Shown here: piece by piece, positions 38,363-50,737 of the stretch | Layout of the letters: each line of letters begins with the position of its first letter | How positions within the stretch are numbered: position 1 is the first letter of the stretch | Origin: Trypethelium eluteriae | Taxonomy: Eukaryota | Length of the DNA: 64,000 nt | Assembly: GCA_051942245.1 (NCBI GenBank) | Contig: JAVECL010000012.1 | Span: 1 to 64,000, forward strand | Reading direction: 5' to 3' | Made by a program: the position numbers and the translations under genes | Notes under the pieces: model-generated | What the model was told of the DNA's origin: nothing | What the model saw: the letters and a program-made list of their open reading frames with translations, nothing else | Database searches by the model: none

Positions 38363-39607
38363 TCAATAGATGTCCCAGAGTGAGACTTTGCCGTCTTTTG
38401 AACCAACCGCAAGCCAATGTGTTGATTTGACTCTCACTTCTCTTCTTTGACCTGCTGTCAGAGTCTCATAATCATCAACACCATCATCCTTTGCAGCAAG
38501 TTGGTCTTTTGGCTCGTACATAGTCGCGAACGACAAGGCGTAGCAACCCTCCTTATGCCATTTCAAGACTGCAAGTTCCCTCAGTGTCCTAGCCGAATAT
38601 ACTCGAATTCTTGAGTCCCAGCCTGCCGTAGCCAGAATCTTTTCGTCCGACCGTACAGTCAATGCTTGCTGCCCCGAATGCTTGGTTTTGAACTCTTGCA
38701 TTGTTGCGCTCCCTGTGTCGGTTTGGATCATTAAAGAGTGCTGTGCAACAATGGCATCTGCAGAAGAAGAGTAAAAGAACCCTAGGGAGGGTGCGACGTC
38801 AACAGACAGTACTGGCTGGGAATGGACAGTCGCATGATACTGTGTAACCCATCTAGCACAAGATCTATTATAGGTATAGAGGGCAACGTCACCATTCTCG
38901 TATCCAGCGGCAAGTAGAAGTGTGTCCCGCTGGTGGAAGATTTGGACTGTCATGACCATACCTGTCTTAGCGTCGTCCCGTGGGCTTGGGATGGTCGATA
39001 GTCGATGCTGACTAGGCAAGTGGAAGACGTCTATCTGGCCATCTGTCGTAGCGGGAACGGCAACCAGAAGACCTCTGTCATCATCCACTTGCCTCAGTCT
39101 TTGAGAAGTTGGCGTTGGCGATGGCAATGTTCCAGGGTCGGAGCAGACCGAAAAGGCGCAGAAATTGAGGGTATTTACGGTCAGCGAATGAAGCATCCAT
39201 GGCTGCTTCGGATCATCGCTTGTACCTTCCACGGGGAGCTTCTTCTCTAGCCCTGGTTCATCGGCTATCCGTAGTTGCCAAATAACCAGCCGAGCATCTC
39301 TCCCCTGGCTAATGATGTTATCATCACCCCATTCCTTCAGCCCTAGAATGGTAGCCTGATGGGCCCTCCAGACGGCGACGGCCCGCTTGGTGGCTAGACT
39401 CCAGAGCGAGACCCATCCATCAGCATCACCCGTCAAAAGGCGAGAGTTGTGGCGTATGATGGCGACGGCGTGGATGGGCGAGTTGTGGCCGCGGAGCACG
39501 TACACGGGCTGGGCCGGCGGCGGCAACGTGGCTGCTCGGGTGCGATTCTGATCCGGGCGTTGATCAGTCTCCAGTTGGGCGGCAGAAGGTGGGGTGGCGT
39601 CAGTCAT
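38363..39607 (-). CDS. ASA1: ASTRA-associated WD40 protein Asa1
   Basis: PVYVLRGH, VNTLNFCAF, TGMVM, TKHSGQQ, ATAGWDSRIRVYS, LAVLKWH, GSKDGKVSLWDIY. Confidence 0.92.
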   Translation of the reverse strand: MTDATPPSAAQLETDQRPDQNRTRAATLPPPAQPVYVLRGHNSPIHAVAIIRHNSRLLTGDADGWVSLWSLATKRAVAVWRAHQATILGLKEWGDDNIISQGRDARLVIWQLRIADEPGLEKKLPVEGTSDDPKQPWMLHSLTVNTLNFCAFSVCSDPGTLPSPTPTSQRLRQVDDDRGLLVAVPATTDGQIDVFHLPSQHRLSTIPSPRDDAKTGMVMTVQIFHQRDTLLLAAGYENGDVALYTYNRSCARWVTQYHATVHSQPVLSVDVAPSLGFFYSSSADAIVAQHSLMIQTDTGSATMQEFKTKHSGQQALTVRSDEKILATAGWDSRIRVYSARTLRELAVLKWHKEGCYALSFATMYEPKDQLAAKDDGVDDYETLTAGQRREVRVKSTHWLAVGSKDGKVSLWDIY

Positions 39608-39789
39608 CTCAGGATGCAATGCAGGGTTCGGAAGAAGAGCCAGAGGGTTTGTGGCGTGAGGCACGAACTGCCGTAAAGCTGCAGTCCACCAAGCTGAAGG
39701 CTATTAATACTCTTTATCTATGCGGCTGGAACGCGGAGTTCATCAAGCGCACGTGGAAGCCGTGATGTGAAAATTGGCTGCCACACGAC

Positions 39790-39866
39790 ACCCACGCCCA
39801 CGCACGCCCACGCCCACGCCTACGCCTACGCCTACGCCCACACCGACACCGACACCGACACCGACT
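39790..39866. repeat. Compound hexamer microsatellite (CCCACG/CCTACG then CACCGA) upstream of ASA1
   Basis: cccacgcccacgcacgcccacgcccacgcctacgcctacgcctacgcccacaccgacaccgacaccgacaccgac. Confidence 0.85.
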
Positions 39867-41335
39867 CGCCTATCTGGGATCGGACAGGGAGGTAACTAGT
39901 TACTTGGCACTTGGCCGGATGAGAAGGGGACTTTATTGATCCGCTCTTTGTCGAACGAATCATCGACGCCGGCTGCACTCTCGCAGCTGTCAAAAGTGAC
40001 TGGCGTCAAGCATCCCATACCCCTGGCCGTCCAGCTCCTTGATTGGGCTGTTGCTCTTTATCGAGGACAGCTGCCCTCAGACTTTTTCTCGTGAGACCGG
40101 GGTAACATTGCTCAGACCTGGCTGCAGCCAATTGAGCCGGGCGTAGGGCTTAGAGTGTGGCGGAAGTTTCGATTGATGGGTAGGGTCGGATGCAGACGAC
40201 ATCCATGATCATGCAAACAAATTCAAATACTAGCACAGTAGAGGACAGCAGTGGTGGACGTTGATGAGGGGCGTCAGATCTCAGCTGCGCCGTCGTCCAC
40301 TTCGACCAAATCCCTTGCATTGGCGCAGAACACTACCTACATACCACACTCTCGGTCCCACACAGTCCCTATGACATCGCACACCACCCAGGAGTCCAAC
40401 CTTCAAATCCAAGCTCTCCCCATCTGTTCTTCGCCTGCTACCCACCTTATCTGCTGTTGACTTAGGTACCTATTTGCCTTAGGTACTTCCCTTACCTCGG
40501 CCCTCAAGCTAGCGAGTTCCTGCACTACCGCCTGCAATACCTACCCATTCACGCCATTCAATCGTCGTCATCCCGCGTAGTGCGGAACCGACACACCTAA
40601 GGAACGCCGCGCCAAAAGACTCATTTGACATCTGAGGTCTCAAAACTCCATTGTCCCGTTCTGCTGCTCAGGTCTTTTTTGTTTCCCATCGTCTTCATCC
40701 CTGTTGCATCATCCTATTTGTTCTGCTGATGATGCTGCCGATGCCCTCTCCATGAACTCATCGCGCCGCCTTCTCCGTGAGCTCACATCCGTTACAAAGC
40801 TCTGACGTCGCATTCTTACCGCAACCACCCAGGCTTCGACTCCTCCTCCACCAACAGATACTATCAGTCTCATAGTCATTGCAACCTCGGCCTCGGCTTG
40901 ATACGTTTTTCAACGTCGTCGTAATCGGTATCGTACAATCAGCGACTCCCCCACGCAATCCGACCGGATCGGGCTGCATTCACATTCACATACCAGTAGA
41001 CACAGTCCTTCTCACTCTTGAGCGCTCATCGGACTGATCGCCCAAGCACAGCGAAGCAGCCGGACCGCGCTGAAACACTTGAAGTCATCCGGCTGCACGT
41101 CATTCAACGTAGCGGTCACTGTCAAGCAGTCCGGTAATGTACTGTCGGGACTCAACACACTCGACCTTTTCGCATCGGAATCGCCATATCTGCTGGTCAC
41201 GATTCCCTAGACGAACGCTCTAAGTCAGCGCGCACTCAAGTCAAGGAAAAGGTTGATCTTCAACATTCTCGAAGAAGGCAACCAGAGTCGAGCGTAGGAA
41301 ATAGGCTGCTTGGCCAAGACCAGGCGTGTGAACAC

Positions 41336-43479
41336 ATGACCAGCAATGGGGTGAACGGGCATGGGCCTGTTGGGGATGGCATGTCTTCCAGCAGCAAGCC
41401 AAAGCGCGTTCGGACAGGATGCCTGACGTGCCGAGAGCGCCACCTGAAATGCGACGAGGGTATGCCCCATTGCCAGAACTGTCGAAAATCAAGTCGCGTA
41501 TGCAAAAGGGGAATCAGATTAAATTTCATTGATACACAGGTTCAATCGCCACCTTATCTCTTGCCACCTGTGGAGTGGAATGTGGCTTTTCAAGACGAAT
41601 CCAGGGAGATCGCATCGGAATACAAGGGAGGCCTTGGCAAATATGCCGTCCTATCTCCAGACCCGGACGTCTCTCAAGTCGATCCGACCTTGACATTTGA
41701 CTACCCTGCGACCGCGGCACCTGCTTCATCTTTGTCGCATCAAGCTCTTCCGCCGATACAAGGGATCCTGCCCGAGTCTTATGACGACCCCCCCAACATT
41801 ATTTTTGAACCACCACGGGAGCAACAGCAACCACATAATCCTCATCACCATCACCATACTCACTCGGCAACTGAATCGACATTTTCGAGCAATACATTGC
41901 AAGGAACGCCATACGGCAATTCCGAAAACGGCCTGAATGGGGAAGAGGAACAGCGGGAATACCTGAACAACCAGGAAGAAGTACTGTTTATGCAAGTTTT
42001 TGTGGAAGAAGTTGGCCTGTGGATGGACAGCATGGACCCAATGAAACACGTACGAATAAGTGCCCGCGGGAGGTTCAATGGTTGAAGCTAACACCCTTTC
42101 CTCTAGTTCTCCCGTCTATTGCCTTTCCACTCATTGAAGGAGCCCATGCTTCTCAATGCTTTCCTGGCTTGCGGAGCACGACATCTTACATTGGTCAATC
42201 CTACCTACCACGAAGACAAAGCTTTACATTACTATGATACAGCCACGAGGTGGCTACTGAAGTCACTACAGAACCCTAATCGCGACACAGTTATATGTGC
42301 AACGACTGCAGTAATTCTGAATGTGTACGAGATTATGTCAGAACGAGCATTGCAACGGATGAACCACATTGCAGGTGCAAGAGCTCTGATCAAAGAATGC
42401 GGATGGAATGCGCGGTCCACAGGTATTGGCGCGGCATGTTTCTGGTTAAATGTTGGGATGGAGTTACTGAGCTGTCTCCACTTCAATTGGCAAGTGGCAT
42501 GGGACCCAGATGACTGGGGCCTTGACATGGATTTTGCACGAGAACAAGAGAACGGCAAAGAAGAAGTGTGGACATACCGAATGGTCTACATCGTTGCTAA
42601 AGTCGCAAACTTCCGTGCGTCGATACCAAGATTCTCTGAATCTTCTCCCCGAGAGGAGCAAATCCGATTACAAAAGCGATATGAACAGTGGACCAAACTG
42701 AAACAGATGATGGATTCTTGGAACGAGAACATCCCGAGAACGATGCATCCAATGGCATATCTCTACCCTTACCAAACAACCTCCAAATCCGCGTTTCCGG
42801 AGGTCTGGCTGATCAAGCGCACAACCATCATTGCTCGACTGTTCTATCATACGGCAATGGTGCTCCTGGCCCAAATCAATCCGGTGATGTCGATCGACAC
42901 AGAAGAGATGGGCGAGATGCAAAAGCAACATGCCAACCTCATCTGCGGGATTGTTGCCCATGTCAAAGATCGGTAAGTTGTAAGCATTATTATCAGAGAA
43001 ATTCACTAAAGTACAACAGGGGTGTGGCGAGTGTCGCTCTCCGTTCCCTGGCGATCGCTGCCGAAGCGCTTACTGTCCGTCGCGAACAGGAAGAAGTACT
43101 GCAGATTTTCGAAAAAATCAGTAAAGAGACGGGCTGGCGCATCTCGTTCGTGTTCAAAGAATTAAAGGAGAAATGGTGCTGGGACGAAGCTCGACCCCAG
43201 CCACCGCCTCAACCACCTCAGCAGATACCGAACTCAGCGATGCTGCACAGCACGGCGACGTTGCAGCCATACCAGTACCAAACACAAACCCCGATGTCTA
43301 CGCAGCCAATAACACTACAGCCGCAACCCTCAACAGGACCGCCGTCCGGGGGGCGACCACCAAGCGGAATCCTTAACCCGATGTTGGCGACAGCCGACTT
43401 TTCGATGCCGAAGCATCCATATCAAACCGTTTACGTACCACCAAATTCATTGACACCGCAAGCCCAGTTCAACTATTGA
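41336..43479 (+). CDS. Zn(II)2Cys6 transcription factor with fungal-specific TF domain; introns 42050-42106 and 42973-43019
   Basis: KRVRTGCLTCRERHLKCDEGMPHCQNCRKSSRVC; FVEEVGLWMD, LLNAFLACGARHL, ILNVYE; Pro/Gln-rich tail. Confidence 0.94.
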
Positions 43480-44167
43480 GGTGGCACATCTCGCGGGTTC
43501 TGTATTGTGGACATGACTGACGAGCAACGAATTTCCTGTTGTCTTCAACCGGGTCATCCTTTCCATTCATTGTATACTAGTTTTCCAGCTTGGTGCTCCA
43601 TATGTAGTATCCTTCCGTCAGTCACCATGAATCTGCCGTAGAGAATGTTGCGAGTCTGCTATACTTTGCTTGCCAGCTTGCTGGGCGTTGGTACCGAGAG
43701 AAACAAAAGGAATTGAGAGTAGGCTTGTTCGAGAAGGCATCATATGAGCGTGCACATAGTGTAATAAATAGAAGTATCACAGGCGCCGACGCTTTGAGCT
43801 TGCGTCGAGAAATCACTTAAATGAGTCTTCTGAGAATCCTTGCAGAGGCGATATCTTCATCTGAAAGCTGCGCCATGCCGAGGTTCCCCGGATTTGTTTT
43901 GGTCTTGTGGGGCACCAGAGTCTGGGGAACGTCTCACCGTCTGGCAGCCTGACCCTTGGACTTGCAACCACTTCCCCTAGCAAGCTCAATGCTTTTCGCT
44001 CACTTCGCAATCACAGAGGAGCCTTCTCGTTCGCGTCTACTGGGACGGAAGAATCAGGCCTCGTCATGGACAATTCCACCAGCATCCAATAGCACCTACT
44101 CGCACCCTTTCTTGAACTAATTTTTTCTCCCTCAAGCTGTTCATGTACAAATCTAGCAATTTTGAAA

Positions 44168-46848
44168 ATGACACGGAGAAAAGGCTCTTCCAGTACATCC
44201 TTCCCCAAATCTGCTGCTCCCGATATCTCCATCCTTGGGAATCAAGTCACCATCTACCCTTCTGGCTATACCGAGTCCTCGCCGTCCACGACTCCTACTT
44301 CTCTCCCTCACCCCGCCAGCAGCTCCGCCGCCGGTGACTCATCTTCCTCTTCCAGCGTCCCTGCTGAAGAGCAGCCTCTGCTCGAAAGCTGGGCTCGCTT
44401 CCGCACCTCCCCCTTCGACTTCCTCCGCGAGATCAGCGTCTACATCTCCGGCAATGGCTGGCGAAGCTATGACCGCGTCATCGGGCAGCCCGTCTTCTAC
44501 TCCGGTTTCAGCGAGAACATGAAGAGTATGGTGCTCGCAAGTTCGATGCTGCAGAAGAAGATTGCGGAGCTGGCGGAGGGTCGCGTGGCAGTGGAGGAGA
44601 GGGAGGGGTTGTTTGCGACAGAGAAGGGTAGCGGAAGAGACGTGGCGGGCCGGGAGAGGCGAAGGAGGGAGGTGCAAAGGCAGTTGGGTGAGGTGGCGGC
44701 AGAATTGACAGATGGGATGATTTGTAAAATGGAGAGCAAGCGATTCATCAGGGGCGCGTACTACTTGGTTACGCAACTACTGACAAGGGCATATCATCAA
44801 GGTGGGGAGGTTCCCCTTGTTTCATATCTATTGCGAGACGAACTCGCATTAATCCGAGCATAGGCATCCACGTATCTGCTGAAGAGGTGCTCAGATTACG
44901 GTCCGTTGCAGAAGAGGCCGCAAAGCGCAAGCACTCCATCATCTTTCTCCCTTGCCACAAGTCCCACATTGATTATATCTCTCTCCAAGTCATCTGCTAC
45001 CGGTTGGGTCTCACACTTCCGGTCGTTGTAGCCGGTGACAATCTTAATTTTCCTCTTGTCGGCGCTTTCCTTCAGCATGCAGGCGCGATGTGGATCCGCA
45101 GAAGTTTTGGGGGCGATGCGCTTTACACTACCCTGGTACAATCATACATTGATACCATGTTACGGGAGGGCTTCAATCTCGAGTGCTTTATCGAAGGTGG
45201 GCGTTCAAGGACCGGCAAGCTTTTGCCGCCAAAGTTCGGAATCTTGAGTTTCATGGTTGACAGTGTTCTCTCTGGTAGAGTTGATGATGCAATTGTTTGC
45301 CCGGTTAGTGCACAGTATGATAAGGTCATCGAAGTAGACTCGTACATCAGCGAGCTTCTCGGGCAACCGAAGAAGAAAGAGAGCCTCCAGGAGTTTCTCT
45401 CGGCATCCTCGATTCTGTCTCTGAAACTTGGCCGCGTTGATGTGAGATTTCACGAGCCTTGGAGCCTGAAAGGATTTATCGCCCAGCAGCAGGATAGGTA
45501 TAGCCGAGTGTCTCAACCCATGAGCGAGCAGGATCAGCGGATACGTCTGCTCAGAACTATGGGATATAAGGTTCTCTCCGATATCAACGCCGTGTCCGTT
45601 GCAATGCCTACAGCGTTGATTGGGACGGTCCTACTTACCCTTCGAGGCCGTGGTGTTGGCAGACCGGAGCTTGTCCGGCGAGTGGACTGGCTCAGCGAGC
45701 GAGTTAGGCAACAAGGTGGAAGGGTAGCCCATTTTGGTGGGTTGCCCACCGATGTAGTTGTTCAACGCGGGCTCGAAGTTCTGGGACCTGGCTTGGTCGG
45801 GGTAGTTGAAGGATTGCCAGAAGATACTTATTATGCTGTGGACAGGTGAGGCATCTTGCTTCTCGAAGATCAGATTCATTACTGACAGAATACAGATTCC
45901 AGTTGTCTTTCTACCGTAACATGACCATCCATCTTTTCATTTCTGAAGCACTCGTTTCAGCAGCAATGTACACGAAAGTCAAGCTCGGGGGTGGCCCGGC
46001 AAACGAACGCATCTCCTACGAGGCGCTACTAAGTCAGGTCCTATTTTTGTCTAGAGTAAGCCTCGTCCTTGGGATAAAATGCAAAACACTGATCTGTCTA
46101 GCTCTTCCGCGGAGAATTCATATTTCCAACCGAGGGCCTGGAGGCTAATCTTGAGAAAACTCTTCACGGGCTCGAAGGAGACGATGTTATTAAGATCACC
46201 CGTGAAGATGATGGCATCTTTGTCGAGATGAGTGACTCGGAGCGAAGACGAGGTCGGGAGAACTATGATTTCTACTGCTTCCTCATCTGGCCCTTCATTG
46301 AGACTGCATGGCTTGGGGCAGTTTCCCTGATGATGCTGACTCCACCGACTGAAGCTGAAAAAGGTATATGGCTGAATGTGAAACGGGTGCAGGATCAAGC
46401 GCAAATTCTGGGAAAGACGCTCTATCATCAAGGAGACCTGGAGTACTTTGAATCTGTCAACAAAGAGACGCTCAAGAACGGGTTCGAACAATTCCAGGAG
46501 GAGGGCATCATCATTGTCACAAAAAGCAAGGATACCCGCATCCCAGCAACAGTGCGACTAGCAGACAGCTGGATGCCGCGAAGAGATGCGGAGACGGGTC
46601 GGATTGCTGCAGAGGGCGTATTGTGGGAGTTTGCAGAGGCGATTAGTCAAAGCAGAAGAGAAGGCAAAAATAGACGTGATGGAACGACAGTCACAAATAG
46701 AGTTATGTCACTTGTTGATAGATTCGGTCGAAGCTTATTTCAAGAAGCGGCAACGGCGACGAGTGCGCAAACCCATGAAATTGATGAGAGGACGGGATCG
46801 GCAAAGAAAGGAAGAGCACGGAGAGAAAAGTCAAAAGCTCGACTGTAG
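44168..46848 (+). CDS. GPAT/DHAPAT (GNPAT-like) acyltransferase with PTS1; introns 44802-44863, 45846-45895, 46056-46101
   Basis: HKSHID (HX4D), AGDNL, GAMWIRRSF, FIEGGRSRTGKLLPPKFG; ends KSKARL. Confidence 0.93.
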
Positions 46849-47835
46849 ATACCCCCCAATACCCCATTGCTCCACCCGTCAAGCGATACTACCATTTACC
46901 GCTTGACGGGGTTTGAGTTTCTCTGAAGATCTACGTGGTTGAGGATATGGTTCTGGAGTTCTTGGGTACATGTACATGTACATGTACGCACTCCGTCCGT
47001 GCCTTCTGTACAATGGGTACGATATAAAAAGTCACGAACACCAAGGCTTTTATCGTCACTTTGGACCTCAGCTAAATTACCGTCAACCATTTTTACTATG
47101 ACAATCGCATCACACCACTCTTCTTGGCAAAATCCCTTATCATAGGCAATGGAAAAGTAGAAGATACGAGCAGCTAGCCTCCGGATTGCCTCGCCTTCGG
47201 TCGTGAATGATCAGCCAAAACTTTTCATAGCATCTTGCCACGCACAATGATCAGGAAATTCTTTTAAGGAATTCTGTGTCTCTGGTCATTTACTTTTACG
47301 TTGACCACACCTGGTCAGAGCTGGTACAGGCTTCCGAGATGACGTTCGCTCAAGTCTTGCTCCCTCACAGGCGTTCTGTCATTTGGATGTGTGGATGTTC
47401 GTCCTAATCGTAAATTTAGGCATTGCCAAGGCCATTTTCGGCAGAAGTGAAGCCGAGGCGGTATCTCCAATGCATGGTAAGACATGGCAATGCGTTGATG
47501 TAGGAACTAGGGTTCGTGCCGTCCACTTATCGAACTTCCTATCTAGGTATGTGCGAGTCCATCTCAGAACTCTGAGATATACTCGTCACAAAGAGCGGGG
47601 CTCTTCAATTGGCGAGCCCTCTTTCTCTTCTAGTAGCTCCATGCGAAATATGATAACATAAGTCTTGATTGCCTCTATCAGTCGCTCTGGCGTCGATAAT
47701 CTGCTACTAAATTTTGAAGACATAAGTATCAATAAGCTGTCACAGTCGAAGTCAATCTCGCGGCGGCAACTTTTTTTTCTCTTCCTTTTCAATCTCTTTT
47801 TGTTGACCGTCCTTTAGATTACTTTAAGTTGAATC

Positions 47836-49672
47836 ATGGCAGAAAAAGACCAAACCAGCTCACAAGATGGAAATCACTCATCAACAGAGAAGCCCGCGGT
47901 GGAAATGGGGCAAGACAAGTCACAGCCATTTGCTATACTTGATGGGCGCAATAGTTCAGTCGCTACCGGAGATCAAGTCATAGTTTCGTCGTTGGCCGAT
48001 GCCGATGAGGCCTTAGCCTTTTTGGAAAATCATCCAAGAGCAGCCGAGATAGCTCAAGAAGGGAATGCTATCCTTGAAGATCCGAAGAGATTGAAGAGAT
48101 TACTTCTCAAGATTGATCTTACCATTGCGCCTTTGCTGGCTGCGGTATATTTCCTACAATATCTCGACAAGACGACACTGAGCTATACAGCAGTCATGGG
48201 CCTCAGAACCGATACACGACTTGTCGGACAGGATTATTCAAATCTGTCCATGCTGTTCTACATCGGTATTTCAATCTGATATCTGGTCGGTGACTGATTC
48301 ACAAGGCACGAAGTTGACCAAGATCGATAGGTTTCCTTGCAACCGAATTTCCCACCCAATACATCGCTCAACGTCTCTCACGTCTTTCACTGTACCTTGG
48401 AGTAAACATCATGATCTGGGGTGCTGTATTGGCATGCCATGCCGCGTGCCATGACTTTGCTGGACTCGCAGTCTGCCGCACCTTACTCGGGGTCTTTGAG
48501 TCTTGCGTTGCGCCCATTCTGGTTCTGATTATTGCCATGTGGTACAAAAAGGCCGAGCAGGGGCGCCGCGTATCGTGGTTTTATGTCTGCAATAGTTTGA
48601 CGCAGATCGTGGGGGGTGGCATTGCCTACGGAGTGAGCTTCACCCACAGCAAGTTTGCAAGTTGGCGCATTTTCTTTGTGGCCATCGGAGTCGCAACCAT
48701 GGTCATAGGTGCAATGGTTGCACTCTTCCTGCCGGACAGTCCGGTCAAAGCCAGGCGTTTTACAGATGCGGAAAAGGTTGCGGCTTTGATGAGGGTTAAG
48801 GACAACCAAAGGTGGGGCTTTTATCGGCCTATTTTCTGTTGCATCAGCTGATATTTTGGGCTCAGTGGCACTCAAAATGCGCATCTCAAACGTGACCAGA
48901 TCTTTGAGACTTTCAAGGATGTTCGTGTGTGGCTTGTGTCTCTCTGCACGATACTTGGATCGATTCCGAATGGGGGAATTAGCAATTTTTCTTCGATCCT
49001 CCTGACCACATTCGGTTATAGCTCTCAACAGGCGCTACTGATGTCAATGCCCACGGGAGCCATTGGCGTGGTATTCGTGATTTTATCTGGTTGGCTCTCA
49101 GACAGATGGAGGGACCGCTCATCGTATGCAGTCCCGCTTCCATCGTTACTCACCTTCTGCTACACAGACTAACTCGGACGTGGCGTAGGGTCATGCTCAT
49201 TTGCATTATCCCGACGATCCTGAGTGCGGCTTTGATGATTGGTCTTGATCCTAATGGCCAACCACGGAATAGAGCGGGTCTTCTCGCTGCTTCTTTTCTG
49301 AGCGGAACATTTGGGGCATCTTTCATGCTTTTGCTGGCATGGAATGCTTCGAATATCGCCGGACACTCCAAAAAAGTCACGGCGAATGCTTTGACCCTCG
49401 TCTCTTTTGCCGTAGGGAATATCCTTGGGACGCAAACCTTTCAGAATAAGCAAGCTCCTGGATATATTAGTGGCAAGATCAGCATCGTTGCTACGCTTGC
49501 GGCGCTCTGCTTTGCAATCCTCGTCTTGAGATTCCTGAATGACAGACTGAACAGGAAGAACAAGAAGAAACTCGCAGAGATGGGTGAGGATGAAAAGGAA
49601 GTGTTGAAAGAGAAAATGGCTTTCGCGGATCGGACGGATAGGGATAATCCTTTCTTCGTCTATACACATTGA
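47836..49672 (+). CDS. MFS transporter, allantoate permease (DAL5 / anion:cation symporter) family; introns 48266-48330, 48812-48865, 49124-49188
   Basis: KIDLTIAP, LQYLDK, MWYKKAEQGRR, LPDSP, IPNGG, NIAGHSKK, AFADRTDRDNPFFVY. Confidence 0.94.
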
Positions 49673-49930
49673 ATATGAAGATGATCGCGTATGAATTAAG
49701 CCCTTCTCGTTGATCAAGACGAACCAGGGAGATTTGTCTGATTTGCAAAGTGATGCTTTCGCTGTACGGAGTAGAGCTGAGTGAACGGAGTACTAGGTAC
49801 CTAGGTAGAGTAAACAATGATGTCACAACCTCGGCAGAGCTTCGAGAGGGTGAGTCCTTGTCGTTCAGATTGTTGCAAAAATCTCCATCCTGCTGAAGAA
49901 AATGCCACTCCAAGTTGCTATCTCCTGATC

Positions 49931-50377
49931 ATGCTGCCCTCCAAGTCCCCTTCAAGACCTCGAACCGGTCCCCAAATCCCACAAATTACGCTCAATCACC
50001 AACAGACTCGCGCGTCACAGCACTTTAGCCTGGAATCCCCATCCATCGCCACGAACCAGGCTCGCCCTCTGCCCCATCTCTATGAAAGAACCACCTCTCG
50101 CCCCCGTTCACAGATTGATGCGCTTCCTCCAATGGCATTTGAGGCGCCGGTTTCACCCTTGTTAGCTGGGTCCCCAGCACAAGTATATAACGCCTCGATG
50201 AGACACCCAGTCTTCTTCACGGAGCGGCTTCGTAAGCCTCCCTTTCAACTACCAGGTGGCGCTGCCGATTTACTAGGTGGAAGAGGCGCATCTGCTGCAA
50301 GGAGCCCGTGTGCGGAGGGATATGTATATGAAGAGGGAAGAAGCATGGGGATCCGAGGCTTGGAGACGAAGCTATAA
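49931..50377 (+). CDS. Small Pro/Ser-rich hypothetical protein
   Basis: ATG in ATC ATG context within a 186-codon ORF that fills the gap between the permease and UBA1; no family recognised. Confidence 0.5.
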   Translation: MLPSKSPSRPRTGPQIPQITLNHQQTRASQHFSLESPSIATNQARPLPHLYERTTSRPRSQIDALPPMAFEAPVSPLLAGSPAQVYNASMRHPVFFTERLRKPPFQLPGGAADLLGGRGASAARSPCAEGYVYEEGRSMGIRGLETKL

Positions 50378-50737
50378 CAAATGACGAGCCTGAGGATTGA
50401 TGACGGTAATGATGCATACGAAGTCTAATGGGGCGGCTATTTATTGGCATTCGTGGCGACTGGCGTTCACAGACAATAGATCCCATCGAGAGCTACCACT
50501 TGAGAAGAGGTATCTGCAGAAGATAAACTCATGGGCTATTTCGACCTATATTTTGCTCGATTTCATTGTCCTCATTTTATGCTAATGTGCTCCACACGGG
50601 GCACTATCTATCCAGTAGTATCTGCCAATTTACAAAGCAAACATGCTGTCTCAAAGTTCCATTTTTGTGACCTAGCAATTGCCCTCAGAATCGTTGAAAT
50701 GAAGCAGCGAGTGGGATTTGGTTCTTCCATTGCAGGC

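Noticed and set aside
39608..39664. GTG-started extension of ASA1
   Set aside because: Peptide has no targeting-like features, so there is no support for its use
47550..47720. TPP riboswitch call from CTGAGATATAC
   Set aside because: The P4/P5 half (UGAUC..GAUAAU.CC.GCG.AGG) is missing; kept only as a generic structured-leader candidate
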